Shown: positions 45,503 to 57,445, counted from the stretch's first letter. The stretch: 64,000 nucleotides of DNA from Dehalococcoidia bacterium (GCA_963555985.3 OY820591.1:2304001-2368000), one strand, 5' to 3'. The notes: generated from the letters alone by a model not told the origin. A program made the numbers and translations.

Positions 45503-46366
45503 CTAGCCGAGCAGTTCCACCTCGTCGCCGACGTTGACCGTACCGCTCTCGACGACGTTGCAGTACGCGCCCAGGTGCTGCTTGGTCTGCTCAATCAACG
45601 CCCGGCCAACCGCGCGGCTCGAACCGAAATCCCGTTGCCCGTGCGCCGGGATCGAGCAGCGAACCGTGGTCGTTTTCAACTCGATCACGACCTCACCGAC
45701 GCGCAGCTTGCTCCCGCTCCAGTCCACCTCCAGCAGGCCCTCGGCTTCGCCGGTGTCGATCACGATGTTCGGCCGGAACCGCCGCACATCGACATCATCG
45801 CCCCCGCCCGCAGCGCGAAGCGCATTCAGCGAGGCAGTCGTCATGATGTGGATCGGGTATGCGTCGAAGTACGTTCCGGGCGGGGTCGAGAACTGCGCCA
45901 AAACATCCAGGGGGATATCGCCGAGGTCGGGGAATGGATCATCGGGCTCGAGTCCGAAGACTTCGCGCATCCCGGCGACCGGGTCGGCGTCGGGATCGGC
46001 CGGCCCGCGGCGATAGTGCTCGAGGTCTTCCGCCGGGTGCAGCGGGGTCAGTACGACCTCTCGGCCCAGGGCGGCGGAGAGGCGTTGATCAAAGTCGGCG
46101 GCGTCGCTGACCAGCGACTCGTCGTCGGGCAGGGTGAGGGCAACACGCGGCGAGCGCCGGTCGCCGGCCGGCGCCTCGGCATAGCGCGCGGCGCACTGCA
46201 ACAGACGCGGAATCTGACGCGCGGTGCGCGTCTCCCCGGCCTCGCGGATCGCCCAGCCGCGATCGCCTGCGACCCCGTTGCCGTCGATCGCGGCGCTGTC
46301 GATCTGCTCACCGCCCATCGACTTCACCGGGTAACGCCAGAGTTCCAGCACTTGTCCGACTGCCAT
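45503..46366 (-). CDS. MOSC-domain protein
   Basis: LWRYPVKSMGGE, GDRGWA, FDAYPIH, RRFRPNIV, TVRC. Confidence 0.92.
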   Translation of the reverse strand: MAVGQVLELWRYPVKSMGGEQIDSAAIDGNGVAGDRGWAIREAGETRTARQIPRLLQCAARYAEAPAGDRRSPRVALTLPDDESLVSDAADFDQRLSAALGREVVLTPLHPAEDLEHYRRGPADPDADPVAGMREVFGLEPDDPFPDLGDIPLDVLAQFSTPPGTYFDAYPIHIMTTASLNALRAAGGGDDVDVRRFRPNIVIDTGEAEGLLEVDWSGSKLRVGEVVIELKTTTVRCSIPAHGQRDFGSSRAVGRALIEQTKQHLGAYCNVVESGTVNVGDEVELLG

Positions 46367-46544
46367 GATCAATCCTCCAAAGCTGATCCGCCGCCAGTGC
46401 GGCAATCCGAAGCGCAGCGTAAAGAATGCTACGCCCCGCTGCCGCTCAGGGCGACAGCGGGCTCGAGCTCAATCTGTACTTATCTAGTAATCTTTGTCAG
46501 GATTAGCTTGAGACACGAGCAGACCTACTCACGACTGGCCGCCC

Positions 46545-47465
46545 ATGACCACCGTTGCCGCCCCACCCGCGCACTCCACGCTCGCCTGGCTCGAAGCCGA
46601 GGGCATCCACATCATCCGCGAAGTCGCCGCCGAACTCGAACGCCCCGTCCTCCTCTTCTCCGGCGGCAAAGACTCGATTGTGATGCTGCGCCTGGCCGAA
46701 AAAGCCTTCTGGCCCGCGCGCATTCCCTTTCCCGTGATGCACGTGGACACCGGCCACAACTTCCCCGAAGCGATCGACTTCCGCGACCGCCGCGTCGAAG
46801 AACTCGAAGTACAACTGGTTGTCGCCTCCGTCCAGGACTCGATCGACCAGGGGCGAGTCGTCGAAGAGACCGGCCCCCGCGCCTCCCGCAACCGCCTCCA
46901 GACCGTCACTCTGCTCGATGCGATCGAGGAACACGGTTTCGACGCGCTCTTCGGCGGCGCCCGCCGCGATGAAGAGAAAGCACGCGCTAAGGAGCGCATC
47001 TTCAGCTTCCGCGACGCCTTCGGCCAGTGGGATCCCTCCAACCAGCGCCCTGAACTCTGGAACCTCTACAACGGACGCCTCACGCGCGGTGAGCACATCC
47101 GCGCCTTCCCCCTCTCCAACTGGACCGAACTCGATGTCTGGCAGTACATCCGCCAGGAACAGCTCGAAATTCCCTCGATCTACTTCGCCCACGAGCGCGA
47201 GATGTTCCAGCGCGACGGGATGCTCTTCCCCGTCTCTGAGTTCGTCCCCCGCCTGCCCAACGAAGACCCCTTCTCTGCCCGCGTCCGTTTCCGCACCGTC
47301 GGCGACATGACCTGCACCGCCGGCGTCCGCTCCGACGCCGACACGATCGAATCCGTCGTCGCCGAAATCGCCGCCACCCGCATCACCGAACGCGGTGAAA
47401 CCCGCGCCGACGACCGCTTCTCCGAAGCCGCCATGGAAGACCGCAAACGCGAGGGCTACTTCTAA
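46545..47465 (+). CDS. cysD: Sulfate adenylyltransferase subunit 2
   Basis: LFSGGKDS, GGARRDEEKARAKER, QRPELW, RFRTVGD, KREGYF. Confidence 0.96.
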   Translation: MTTVAAPPAHSTLAWLEAEGIHIIREVAAELERPVLLFSGGKDSIVMLRLAEKAFWPARIPFPVMHVDTGHNFPEAIDFRDRRVEELEVQLVVASVQDSIDQGRVVEETGPRASRNRLQTVTLLDAIEEHGFDALFGGARRDEEKARAKERIFSFRDAFGQWDPSNQRPELWNLYNGRLTRGEHIRAFPLSNWTELDVWQYIRQEQLEIPSIYFAHEREMFQRDGMLFPVSEFVPRLPNEDPFSARVRFRTVGDMTCTAGVRSDADTIESVVAEIAATRITERGETRADDRFSEAAMEDRKREGYF

Positions 47466-48770
47466 ATGGTCACGCTGAACCCCGATCCGGAAACCGACCT
47501 CTTTCCCGAGCACGAGCGCCCACTCCTCCGTCTCGCCACCGCCGGCTCCGTCGACGACGGCAAGAGCACCCTGATCGGGCGTCTGCTGTTCGACTCCAAG
47601 CAGACCTTCATCGACCAGATGGAAGCGATCGAGCGCACATCGCGCACGCGCGGCGACGACGCCGTCAATCTCGCCTACCTCACCGACGGTCTCCGCTCCG
47701 AGCGCGAGCAGGGCATCACCATTGACGTCGCCTACCGCTACTTCGCTACCCCGCGCCGCAAGTTCATCCTCGCCGACACCCCGGGACACGTGCAGTACAC
47801 CCGCAACATGGTCACCGGCGCCTCCACCGCCGACCTCGCCCTCCTGCTGGTCGACGCACGCCGGGGCGTACTCGAACAGACCCGCCGCCACGCTTATCTC
47901 TCCGCCCTGCTCGGCATCCGCCACTTCGTCCTCTGCGTCAACAAGATGGACCTGGTCGACTGGGATCAACAAGTCTTCGAGCAGATCGCGCAGGAACTGA
48001 CTCTGTTCGCCTCCCGCATGGGCGTCACCGACGTTCGCGCCATCCCAATCTCGGCCAAGTTCGGCGATTCGGTGGTCGAACGATCTGCGCGAATGCCCTG
48101 GTACGACGGCCCGTCCTTGCTCGAATTGCTCGAAGAGGTCGAAGTCCTCGACCCGCCCCAACACCATGCAGCGCGTCTGCCGGTGCAATACGTCATCCGC
48201 CCCCAGCGAGACGTCTACCACGACTATCGCGGCTACGCCGGAACGATGGCCGCCGGTGTCCTCCGCCTCGGCGATCGCGTGCAAGTCCTGCCCTCGGGAG
48301 CCGAGACCACCGTGACCGCGATCGACGCATTCGAGCAGCCTCTCCACGAAGCCGCACCGCCAATGGCCGTCACCGTGCGCCTGGCCGATGAGCTCGATGT
48401 GCGCCGAGGCTCGATCATCGCCGCCGCCGAAGCCCCGCCCCTGGTCGCAACCACGCTTGAGGCCCACATCTGCTGGATGAGCGAGCGCGCTCCCCTGCGA
48501 CCGCGCCAGCGCCTGGTAGTCAAACACACCACCCAGACCACGCGCGCGCTCGTCGACGAAGTCACCGCCCGCCTCGACGTGAATACGCTCGACTACGATC
48601 TCACCGCCTCCCAACTCAGCCTCAACGAGATCGGGCGCGTCCGCCTGCGCCTCATGGCACCTATCTGCGTTGATCCATACGATGAGTCGCGCGCGACCGG
48701 AGCGTTCATCCTGATTGACGAAGCGACCAGCGCCACGGTCGCAGCGGGCATGATCAACTCAGCCTCATGA
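47466..48770 (+). CDS. cysN: Sulfate adenylyltransferase subunit 1 (GTPase)
   Basis: TAGSVDDGKSTLIGRLL, EQGITIDVAYRYF, DTPGH, NKMD. No fused CysC. Confidence 0.96.
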   Translation: MVTLNPDPETDLFPEHERPLLRLATAGSVDDGKSTLIGRLLFDSKQTFIDQMEAIERTSRTRGDDAVNLAYLTDGLRSEREQGITIDVAYRYFATPRRKFILADTPGHVQYTRNMVTGASTADLALLLVDARRGVLEQTRRHAYLSALLGIRHFVLCVNKMDLVDWDQQVFEQIAQELTLFASRMGVTDVRAIPISAKFGDSVVERSARMPWYDGPSLLELLEEVEVLDPPQHHAARLPVQYVIRPQRDVYHDYRGYAGTMAAGVLRLGDRVQVLPSGAETTVTAIDAFEQPLHEAAPPMAVTVRLADELDVRRGSIIAAAEAPPLVATTLEAHICWMSERAPLRPRQRLVVKHTTQTTRALVDEVTARLDVNTLDYDLTASQLSLNEIGRVRLRLMAPICVDPYDESRATGAFILIDEATSATVAAGMINSAS

Positions 48771-49732
48771 CCAACGCCCGATTTCTTCTCTCCCCCCGCA
48801 GTGCGGGGGGAGATGTCCCAAAGGGACAAAGGGGGGTCCCACCCCTCTTCGCCGTAGGAGTGCTCATCGCGGCGCTGCTCGCCGCCGTCAACTTCAACGC
48901 TTGCAGCGACGATCCCGGCTACAACTCCGACGAATTGATCCTCGCCACTACCACCAGCCTCAACGATTCCGGTCTGCTCGATCAGCTCGTACCAATCTTC
49001 GAAGACGAAGCAGATCTGACTGTCAAGATCATCGCCGTCGGCACCGGCGCCGCCCTGCGCATGGGTGCCGAGGGCAACGCCGATGTGCTCCTCACCCACG
49101 CGCCTGCCTCGGAGCAAGAGTTGCTCAACGCCGGCGACGTCACGGGCCGCACGCTGGTCGCCTACAACGACTTCATCATCGTAGGACCGATCGCAGATCC
49201 CGCAGGAGTAGCGGGATGGACGAACGCGAGCAGAGCGCTTGGGCAGATCGCCGCGCTCTGCGTAGGCGGGCCCTGCCAATTCGCCTCCCGCGGCGACGAC
49301 AGCGGCACGCACAAGAAGGAAATCGCCCTCTGGCAAGATGCGGGCATCGACACCGCCCGGCGCAACGAGGACTGGTACCTCGAAGTCGGACAAGGCATGA
49401 GCGCGACCCTGACGCTGGCCAATCAACGCCTCGCCTATGCCCTCACCGACCGCGGCACCTACTTGGCTCTCTCGGACGATCTGCCCGATCTGGTCGTCTT
49501 GGTCGAGGGCGATGCGCGCTTGCTGAACTTCTATAGCGTGATGACGGTCAACCCTGCGAAGGGCCGGGTCAACACTCCCGCCGCCGAAGCCTTCGCCGCC
49601 TTCCTCACCCGCGACGACATCCAAACCATGATCGGCGAATACCTCAGCGCCGAATACGGGCGTCCGCTGTTCATTCCCGCCGCCGGCGACACTGAGCAGG
49701 CAATCTCCGCGCGCGGCGGCGCGCCCCGCTGA
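48767..49732 (+). CDS. tupA: Tungstate ABC substrate-binding protein
   Basis: LATTTSLNDSGLL, VGTGAAL, SRGDDSGTHKKE, GQGM, TDRGTY. Confidence 0.88.
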   Translation: MTNARFLLSPRSAGGDVPKGQRGVPPLFAVGVLIAALLAAVNFNACSDDPGYNSDELILATTTSLNDSGLLDQLVPIFEDEADLTVKIIAVGTGAALRMGAEGNADVLLTHAPASEQELLNAGDVTGRTLVAYNDFIIVGPIADPAGVAGWTNASRALGQIAALCVGGPCQFASRGDDSGTHKKEIALWQDAGIDTARRNEDWYLEVGQGMSATLTLANQRLAYALTDRGTYLALSDDLPDLVVLVEGDARLLNFYSVMTVNPAKGRVNTPAAEAFAAFLTRDDIQTMIGEYLSAEYGRPLFIPAAGDTEQAISARGGAPR

Positions 49733-49772
49733 GCTGGGCAGACGACACTCGCCGCAAGGCTAAGATCGCGCC

Positions 49773-50471
49773 ATGGACTTGATCTGGGACGGCATTCGAG
49801 AAGCGGCGCGGCTGTGGTGGGCAGGCGACCGCGAGGTGATCGAAATCACCCTGCGTACGCTCGCGATCTCATCGGCGGCGACCGCGCTGGCGCTCGCCGT
49901 CGGCATCCCGCTGGGCGCAGTCCTGGCCCTGCGCCGCTTCTGGGGGCGCGGCCTGATCGTAGCGGCGGTGAACACCGGCATGGGGATGCCACCGGTCGTG
50001 GTCGGACTGATTGTGATCCTGATCCTGATTCGGCAAGGCCCGTTGGGCGGTCTCGAGATCGCCTTCACTCCAACCGCGATGGTGATCGCTCAGCTACTGC
50101 TCTCGCTGCCGCTGGTCGTGGGCTTCTCGCTGGCCTCGATCCAGTCGGTCAATCCGCGCCTGATCGGGCAGATGTGGGCAATGGGAGCAAACCGCTGGCA
50201 GGTGCTCTGGCTCCTGATTCGGGAAACTCGACTGGGCTTGCTGGCAGCGGTGATGGCCGGTTTCGGCGCGGCGATCTCCGAGGTCGGCGCTTCGATGCAG
50301 GTTGGCGGCAACCTGGCCGGCGAGACGCGAGTGCTGACCACAGCGACGGTGCTGGAAACGAGCCGCGGCAACTGGGAGGTGGCCATCGCGCTGGGGTTCG
50401 TCCTGGTCGTGCTCGCCTTCTTGGTCAACCTCGTCCTGACCGCCGTACAGCAGCGGCGGCCGGTCGCGTGA
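49773..50471 (+). CDS. tupB: Tungstate ABC permease
   Basis: NTGMGMPPVVVGL, GFGAAISEVGASMQVGGN, TRVLTTA. Confidence 0.9.
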   Translation: MDLIWDGIREAARLWWAGDREVIEITLRTLAISSAATALALAVGIPLGAVLALRRFWGRGLIVAAVNTGMGMPPVVVGLIVILILIRQGPLGGLEIAFTPTAMVIAQLLLSLPLVVGFSLASIQSVNPRLIGQMWAMGANRWQVLWLLIRETRLGLLAAVMAGFGAAISEVGASMQVGGNLAGETRVLTTATVLETSRGNWEVAIALGFVLVVLAFLVNLVLTAVQQRRPVA

Positions 50472-51559
50472 CTGACACAGCCGAGCGAGCGGATCCGCAC
50501 CTCCAGATCCGCGATCTGGCGGTCCAGCGCGGCGGCGTGACCGTGCTCACCATTGACCAACTCGATCTGCAACGGGGCGAGGTCACGGTCGTGATCGGGC
50601 CAAACGGGTCGGGTAAGAGCACGCTGCTGGGCGCATTGCAGCTGGTGCTGCGACCATTGCGCGGTCAGCTTCTGCTTGACCGCGAACCGATGAATCGCGA
50701 TCCGGTTCACACCCGTCGCCGGATGGCGGCGGCATTCCAGGAACCGCTGCTGCTGAGCATGTCGGTGCAGGCGAACGTTGAGCTTCCGCTCCGCATTCGC
50801 GGCGTTGGCCGCCGCGAGCGGCGCGAGCGCGCCGCGCACTGGCTGGAGCGGTTCGGCATTGCCAACCTGGCCAAACGCCACTCGCGCCAGCTCTCCGGAG
50901 GCGAAGCGCAGCGGGTCAGCCTGGCGCGGGCGTTTGCCTCCCAGCCGGAGGTGCTGTTGCTGGACGAGCCGTTCGCCGGCGTGGACGCACCCACGCGGGA
51001 GGGTCTGATCGAAGACTTCGCCGAGATCGTGTCCGAGATGCGCCCGACTACGGTGCTGGTCACGCACGACCGCGACGAAGCATTGCGACTGGGCGACCAC
51101 GCCGCCTTGCTGATCGGCGGCAGTCTGCGTCAGACCGGACCACCGGCAGAAGTCTTCGACCGCCCCGCCGACCGTGCAGTCGCGGAGTTTGTGGGCATGG
51201 AGAATGTGTGGGAGGGACGGCGCTCGGAATCAGGGATATATAGCGCCGGCGGGGTGCGGCTGGCGTCGACGGTGAAGTCGGTGGCGCTTGGATCGCCCGC
51301 CGTGCTCTGCGTGCGGCCTGAACGGATCGTGCTCTCGCGGGATGGGGAGATGAGCGGGAACCGGCTGAGAGCAGTCGTACGCACGATCAGACCGCGCGGC
51401 CCGGTCGTGAGAGCTGTGTTGACCAGCGGAGGGCTGATACTCACCGCCGATGTGCCGGTAGCCGCGTGGGACGAGCTCAGGCTGTCCGTGGGTGAGGAAG
51501 CGATTGCGCGCATCGCCCCCGCCGACCTGCACGTGATCAGCGACGACGGAGCAGCCTGA
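50468..51559 (+). CDS. tupC: Tungstate ABC ATP-binding protein
   Basis: GPNGSGKS, LSGGEAQR, LLLDEP, TOBE. GTGA overlap with tupB. Confidence 0.85.
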   Translation: MTDTAERADPHLQIRDLAVQRGGVTVLTIDQLDLQRGEVTVVIGPNGSGKSTLLGALQLVLRPLRGQLLLDREPMNRDPVHTRRRMAAAFQEPLLLSMSVQANVELPLRIRGVGRRERRERAAHWLERFGIANLAKRHSRQLSGGEAQRVSLARAFASQPEVLLLDEPFAGVDAPTREGLIEDFAEIVSEMRPTTVLVTHDRDEALRLGDHAALLIGGSLRQTGPPAEVFDRPADRAVAEFVGMENVWEGRRSESGIYSAGGVRLASTVKSVALGSPAVLCVRPERIVLSRDGEMSGNRLRAVVRTIRPRGPVVRAVLTSGGLILTADVPVAAWDELRLSVGEEAIARIAPADLHVISDDGAA

Positions 51560-51947
51560 GCGGACTCATCGTCGCGCTGTCGTCGCTGACGCCGAAGAGC
51601 TCGGCCAGTTGCGCTCGGCTCGGTTCGGTGGCGACGTGTTTGCCGTCAAGCAGAATCGTCGGTGTCGAGCGGTAGCCGCGATTGAGCGATTCGACGATCA
51701 GCGCCGCGTCCTCATCTTGAGTGATATCAACTGTGCGATAGGCGATCTCGTGACGGTCGAGGAAGTCGACCGCGCGGCGGCAGTCACCGCACCAGGGGCT
51801 GACGTAGAGCAGCACATCGCGCTCACCGGGAGCAGGGGCTGCTTCGGAGGCCGCGATTGGGCCGGCGGCGAAGTCGACTTCGCAGGCGTCGCCTTCCTCG
51901 ATCAGCTCATCGCTTTGCGCATCGGTCGTCTGCTCAGCGTCCGCCAT
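51537..51947 (-). CDS. Glutaredoxin/mycoredoxin-like protein
   Basis: PWCGDC, NRGYRSTPTI. Confidence 0.85.
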   Translation of the reverse strand: MADAEQTTDAQSDELIEEGDACEVDFAAGPIAASEAAPAPGERDVLLYVSPWCGDCRRAVDFLDRHEIAYRTVDITQDEDAALIVESLNRGYRSTPTILLDGKHVATEPSRAQLAELFGVSDDSATMSPLRLLRRR

Positions 51948-51980
51948 GATCAGCTCCCTCTCCGTCGAATCGGGTTTCGC

Positions 51981-53426
51981 TCAGGATATGCGGTGGAGCT
52001 TGAGGAAGTTGGTCGGTTCGCCCTGGCCGAGCGGGAATCCGCCGGTGAGCACGACTTGATCGCCTGATTCGAGTGCGAATGCGTCAACTGCGGCACGTTC
52101 GACTTCGCGCAGCATATGGTCGATATCGTCCGGCGGTGGACAGCGGCGCGGCTGGACGCCCCACATCAGGGCGAGGCGCTGCAAGACTGGGTCGTCCGGG
52201 GCCAATACGAGCACGGGTACGGGTAGCCGCACGTGTGAAATCAGGCGGCCCGAGCGTCCGCTGATGGTGAAGACGATGACAGCGCGCACCTGGGGGTGCT
52301 GTTCAACGGCGGCAGCGACGGCGACGGCGATGGTGCGGGCGGCGTCGGCTTTGAGTTCAATCGGCTGGGCGACTGCCGTGCGGCCGGCGTCGCCGGATTC
52401 GGCGCGGCGGATAATGTCGTCCATCATGGCGACCACTTCGACCGGATGACGCCCGACTGCGGTCTCGGCGGAGAGCATGAGCGCATCGGCGCCGTCCCAG
52501 ACAGCGTTGGCGACATCGGAAGCCTCGGCGCGGGTTGGGCGTTGGCGCTGCACCATCGACTCAAGCATCTGGGTGGCGATGATGACGGGCTGGAGCGCGC
52601 GACCGGCGGCTTCGATGATCTGGCGCTGCATGACCGGCACCTCGGCCGGTCCGACCTCGACGCCCAGATCGCCGCGCGCGACCATCACGCCGTCCGAGAC
52701 AGCAATGATCTCGCGCAGCTCGCGGATGGCGGAAATGGTTTCGATCTTGGCGATGAGGGGGAGTTCGCCGCCAGCGGCATGGACGGCGGTTTGGGCTTCC
52801 GCGAGGTCGAAGGCGGTGCGAACGAAGGAGAGTGCGAGAAAGTCGACGCCGTGTTCGACGGCGAAGTGAATGTGCTTGCGGTCTTGCGGGGTGACGGCCG
52901 GCAGACGCTGGCCGGCGCCCGGGGCGTGCAGCCCGGCGCGAGCAGTGAGCAGGCCGCCGCCGCGCACGGTCGTCTGAATGCGGTTGCCAACGATCGCTTC
53001 GATCAGGAGATCGAGTTCGCCGTCGCGGAGATAGACGCGGCCTCCGGGCTCCACCTCTTCCACCAGGGCTGCGTAGTTGCAGCTGATCGTGAGACGATCC
53101 TGTTCGAGCGCCGCGTCAACGGTGCTGCCGACGACGATGTCGACGCGTTCGCCGCGGACGATCTCGATTCCATCGGGGACGCCGCCGATCCTGATTTTCG
53201 GGCCTTGCAGGTCGCCGAGAATGGCGACTGGTTTGCCGGTTTCCGCCTGCGCCTTGCGGATGGCCTGGATCGCCGCGAGCCAAGAGCGCTCGTCGCCGTG
53301 CGAGAAGTTGATGCGTGCGACATCGAGGCCGGCATCCACCAGCGCACGAACACTGGCAGGGTCGCTGCTGGCGGGACCGAGCGTAGCGACAATCTTGGCT
53401 CGTCGGCGGGAGTTCGGCGCACTCAT
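51981..53426 (-). CDS. pyk: Pyruvate kinase
   Basis: KIVATLGPAS, RINFSHG, DLQGPKIR, AKIE, MVARGDLGVE, ATQMLESM. Confidence 0.96.
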   Translation of the reverse strand: MSAPNSRRRAKIVATLGPASSDPASVRALVDAGLDVARINFSHGDERSWLAAIQAIRKAQAETGKPVAILGDLQGPKIRIGGVPDGIEIVRGERVDIVVGSTVDAALEQDRLTISCNYAALVEEVEPGGRVYLRDGELDLLIEAIVGNRIQTTVRGGGLLTARAGLHAPGAGQRLPAVTPQDRKHIHFAVEHGVDFLALSFVRTAFDLAEAQTAVHAAGGELPLIAKIETISAIRELREIIAVSDGVMVARGDLGVEVGPAEVPVMQRQIIEAAGRALQPVIIATQMLESMVQRQRPTRAEASDVANAVWDGADALMLSAETAVGRHPVEVVAMMDDIIRRAESGDAGRTAVAQPIELKADAARTIAVAVAAAVEQHPQVRAVIVFTISGRSGRLISHVRLPVPVLVLAPDDPVLQRLALMWGVQPRRCPPPDDIDHMLREVERAAVDAFALESGDQVVLTGGFPLGQGEPTNFLKLHRIS

Positions 53427-53444
53427 CTGACTCTCCGGACACAA

Positions 53445-53476
53445 CAGCGGGCCGCCCCCTAGGGGGCGGCCCGCTG
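53445..53476. terminator. Perfect 32-bp GC palindrome downstream of groEL
   Basis: CAGCGGGCCGCCCCCT|AGGGGGCGGCCCGCTG. Confidence 0.7.
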
Positions 53477-53511
53477 GCGGATGCATCGTTGCCGCGTTCG
53501 CGGCCTGTGCA

Positions 53512-55305
<1,794 letters not shown>

Positions 55306-55368
55306 TCAAACGCGCTACAGCGTGCATCGCGTTTCGAGCGCGGAGGCGTCGTTCTGACAAGCGCTCAC

Positions 55369-55779
55369 CTAGAGGAGCCAGCGCAGTCGCTGGAAGGGAG
55401 CGATTCGGGCGATCACTACGGCTTCGATTTCAGATTCGGGGATGAGCCCGAGGCGGCGGCTGTCGGCGCTGCGGGTGCTGCCGTCGCCAATGACGAACCA
55501 TCCGCCCGATTCGCGGGTCAGTGCTCGCTTGACATAGAACCGCTCGCGGTTGGTTCCAGCTTCAGATTGGCTGATGCGACGGAAGACGACGATCCGCCCC
55601 GGCCGGATCGGGGCGAGCTGGGTTGAGACTGCGAGCAGGCGTTCGCCGTGCTCGAGCGTGGGCGACATGGAGTCGCCGTCCACCGTGCAGATGGTGACCC
55701 AGCCGAGGCGGGGCGTAGACGCCGCGGGCGTGTGCTGCTGGGATGATCGAGGGCTAGAAATCGTCCATCCCGAAGTCAT
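55369..55779 (-). CDS. S26-family peptidase (SodX-like; start uncertain)
   Basis: VDGDSMSPTL, YVKR, VIGD...SADSR. Confidence 0.78.
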   Translation of the reverse strand: MTSGWTISSPRSSQQHTPAASTPRLGWVTICTVDGDSMSPTLEHGERLLAVSTQLAPIRPGRIVVFRRISQSEAGTNRERFYVKRALTRESGGWFVIGDGSTRSADSRRLGLIPESEIEAVVIARIAPFQRLRWLL

Positions 55780-56050
55780 CCATGCCGAAATCGTCGTGCG
55801 AGTGGCCATGGTCGTGTCCGTGACCGCCCATCGCGCCCATGTCGGGCATCCCGCCCATCGCGCCCATATCGAAGTCGTCGAAGCTGCTGGCGGACGCGCC
55901 GGTATGGATGGCGACGCCCGCGCCGAAGACGCGCGCGCCTACGCCACCGTCGCCCTTGGGACACTCAGGCGAGTCCGGCGCTTGACCCATTCGTGCAAGC
56001 ACCTCGAAGACCTCCGAGCATTCACCGCAGCGGTAGTCGTACATCGGCAT
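55754..56050 (-). CDS. FmdB-family zinc-ribbon protein with Gly/Met/His/Asp-rich tail
   Basis: MPMYDYRCGECSEVFE...ECPKG, RBS AAAGGAG, tail MGAMGGMPDMGAMGGHGHDHGHSHDDFGMDDFGMDDF. Confidence 0.85.
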   Translation of the reverse strand: MPMYDYRCGECSEVFEVLARMGQAPDSPECPKGDGGVGARVFGAGVAIHTGASASSFDDFDMGAMGGMPDMGAMGGHGHDHGHSHDDFGMDDFGMDDF

Positions 56051-56140
56051 CGTCGCCAGCTCCTTTCTGAGCTCGGATCATTCGGATCGTTTGAGGAATA
56101 TCCTACGACGGCTGCCGAGCAACATGATGGAGGTACTGCG

Positions 56141-57445
56141 ATGCCCGATATCCGCGACTTTTGCGACCGCCTGTGGAACGGCGAAATCGACATCATTCAC
56201 GCGGCGCACCCGGTGACCAGCCCCTGGAACAACCGCATCCCGGAAGAGATCGAAGACGGGTTGCTGTACTACAAGTCGGCTGCGTCGGTGAATACGCTCG
56301 ACACCGGCGACGGTCTGGTGATGCTCGACACTGGTACCGACCGTGACGCCGAAGCGATCTACAAGGGGGTGCGCCAGTGGCGTCCCGAGGCGCGGCTGGC
56401 GGCAGCGGTGTTCTCGCACCATCACGTGGATCACATCTTCGGCGTGGGGCGGTTTGACCAAGAAGCGGAGGCGGCGGGGCAGCCGCATCCAACGGTGTAC
56501 GGGCAGCGCGAGATTCCGCCGCATTTCGACCGCTACAAGCGGACGGTGGGGTACAACACGGCGATCAACACGCGGCAGTTTCATCGTCCACAGATGGGGC
56601 CGGGCTTCCGTCTGGATTGGCCGGACGAGTTTCGCTATCCGGACGTGACCTTTGACGAGCGGATTGAGTTTCGGGTGGGCGACTGCACGTTTGAGGTGAC
56701 GCACACGCGGGGCGAGACGGAGGACGCGGCCTGGACCTGGGTACCGGAGCGGAAGCTGTTGTGTCCGGGCGATCTGTTCATCTGGGCGGTGCCGAACGCG
56801 GGCAATCCGCAGAAGGTGCAGCGCTGGGCAGGAGAATGGGCGGCGGGTTTGCGGCAGATGGCGGCGCTGGGGGCGGAAACGATGCTGCCCGGGCACGGCT
56901 TTCCGATCTTCGGGGCGGAGCGGATTCGGACGGCGCTGACGGACACAGCCGATCTGTTAGACGCGATTGAGTCACGGACGCTGGCGTTGATGAACACGGG
57001 CGCGACGCTGGATCGGGTCTTGCATGAGATTGAGTATCCGCAGGAACTGCTGGAGAAACCATGGCTGAGCTCGGCGTATGACCATCCCGAGTTCATCGCG
57101 CGTAACGTCTGGCGCTTCTTTGGCGGCTGGTATGAGGGCGAGCCGGATCGTCTGCTGCCTGCGCCGCGTTCGGCGGAGGCGGCGGAGTGGATCACGCTGG
57201 CGGGCGGTCTGGAGCCGGTGTTGAACCGGGCGCGAGCGCATCTGGCTCACGGGAACTTGCAGTTGGCGTGTCACCTGATCGAACACGCGGCGGCAGCAGC
57301 GCCCTCGAATGAGGAGGTGCATGATCTGCGCGCTGAGATTTATGAGGCGCGGGCGTTGGAGCAGGATTCGTCAATGGCGCGGGGGATTTTCAACTTTGCA
57401 GCGACGTCGAGTCGTGAGCGGGTGCGGGATGTATTCAATCCGTAA
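56141..57445 (+). CDS. Alkyl/aryl-sulfatase-like MBL-fold hydrolase with dimerisation domain
   Basis: SHHHVDH, RGETED, PNAGNPQKVQR, PGHG, RNVWRFFGGWY. Confidence 0.88.
   Translation: MPDIRDFCDRLWNGEIDIIHAAHPVTSPWNNRIPEEIEDGLLYYKSAASVNTLDTGDGLVMLDTGTDRDAEAIYKGVRQWRPEARLAAAVFSHHHVDHIFGVGRFDQEAEAAGQPHPTVYGQREIPPHFDRYKRTVGYNTAINTRQFHRPQMGPGFRLDWPDEFRYPDVTFDERIEFRVGDCTFEVTHTRGETEDAAWTWVPERKLLCPGDLFIWAVPNAGNPQKVQRWAGEWAAGLRQMAALGAETMLPGHGFPIFGAERIRTALTDTADLLDAIESRTLALMNTGATLDRVLHEIEYPQELLEKPWLSSAYDHPEFIARNVWRFFGGWYEGEPDRLLPAPRSAEAAEWITLAGGLEPVLNRARAHLAHGNLQLACHLIEHAAAAAPSNEEVHDLRAEIYEARALEQDSSMARGIFNFAATSSRERVRDVFNP

Noticed and set aside
46470-46510. AT-rich stretch upstream of cysD as an Rrf2/CymR operator
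   Set aside because: Plausible, but there is no clear palindrome or consensus I can support.
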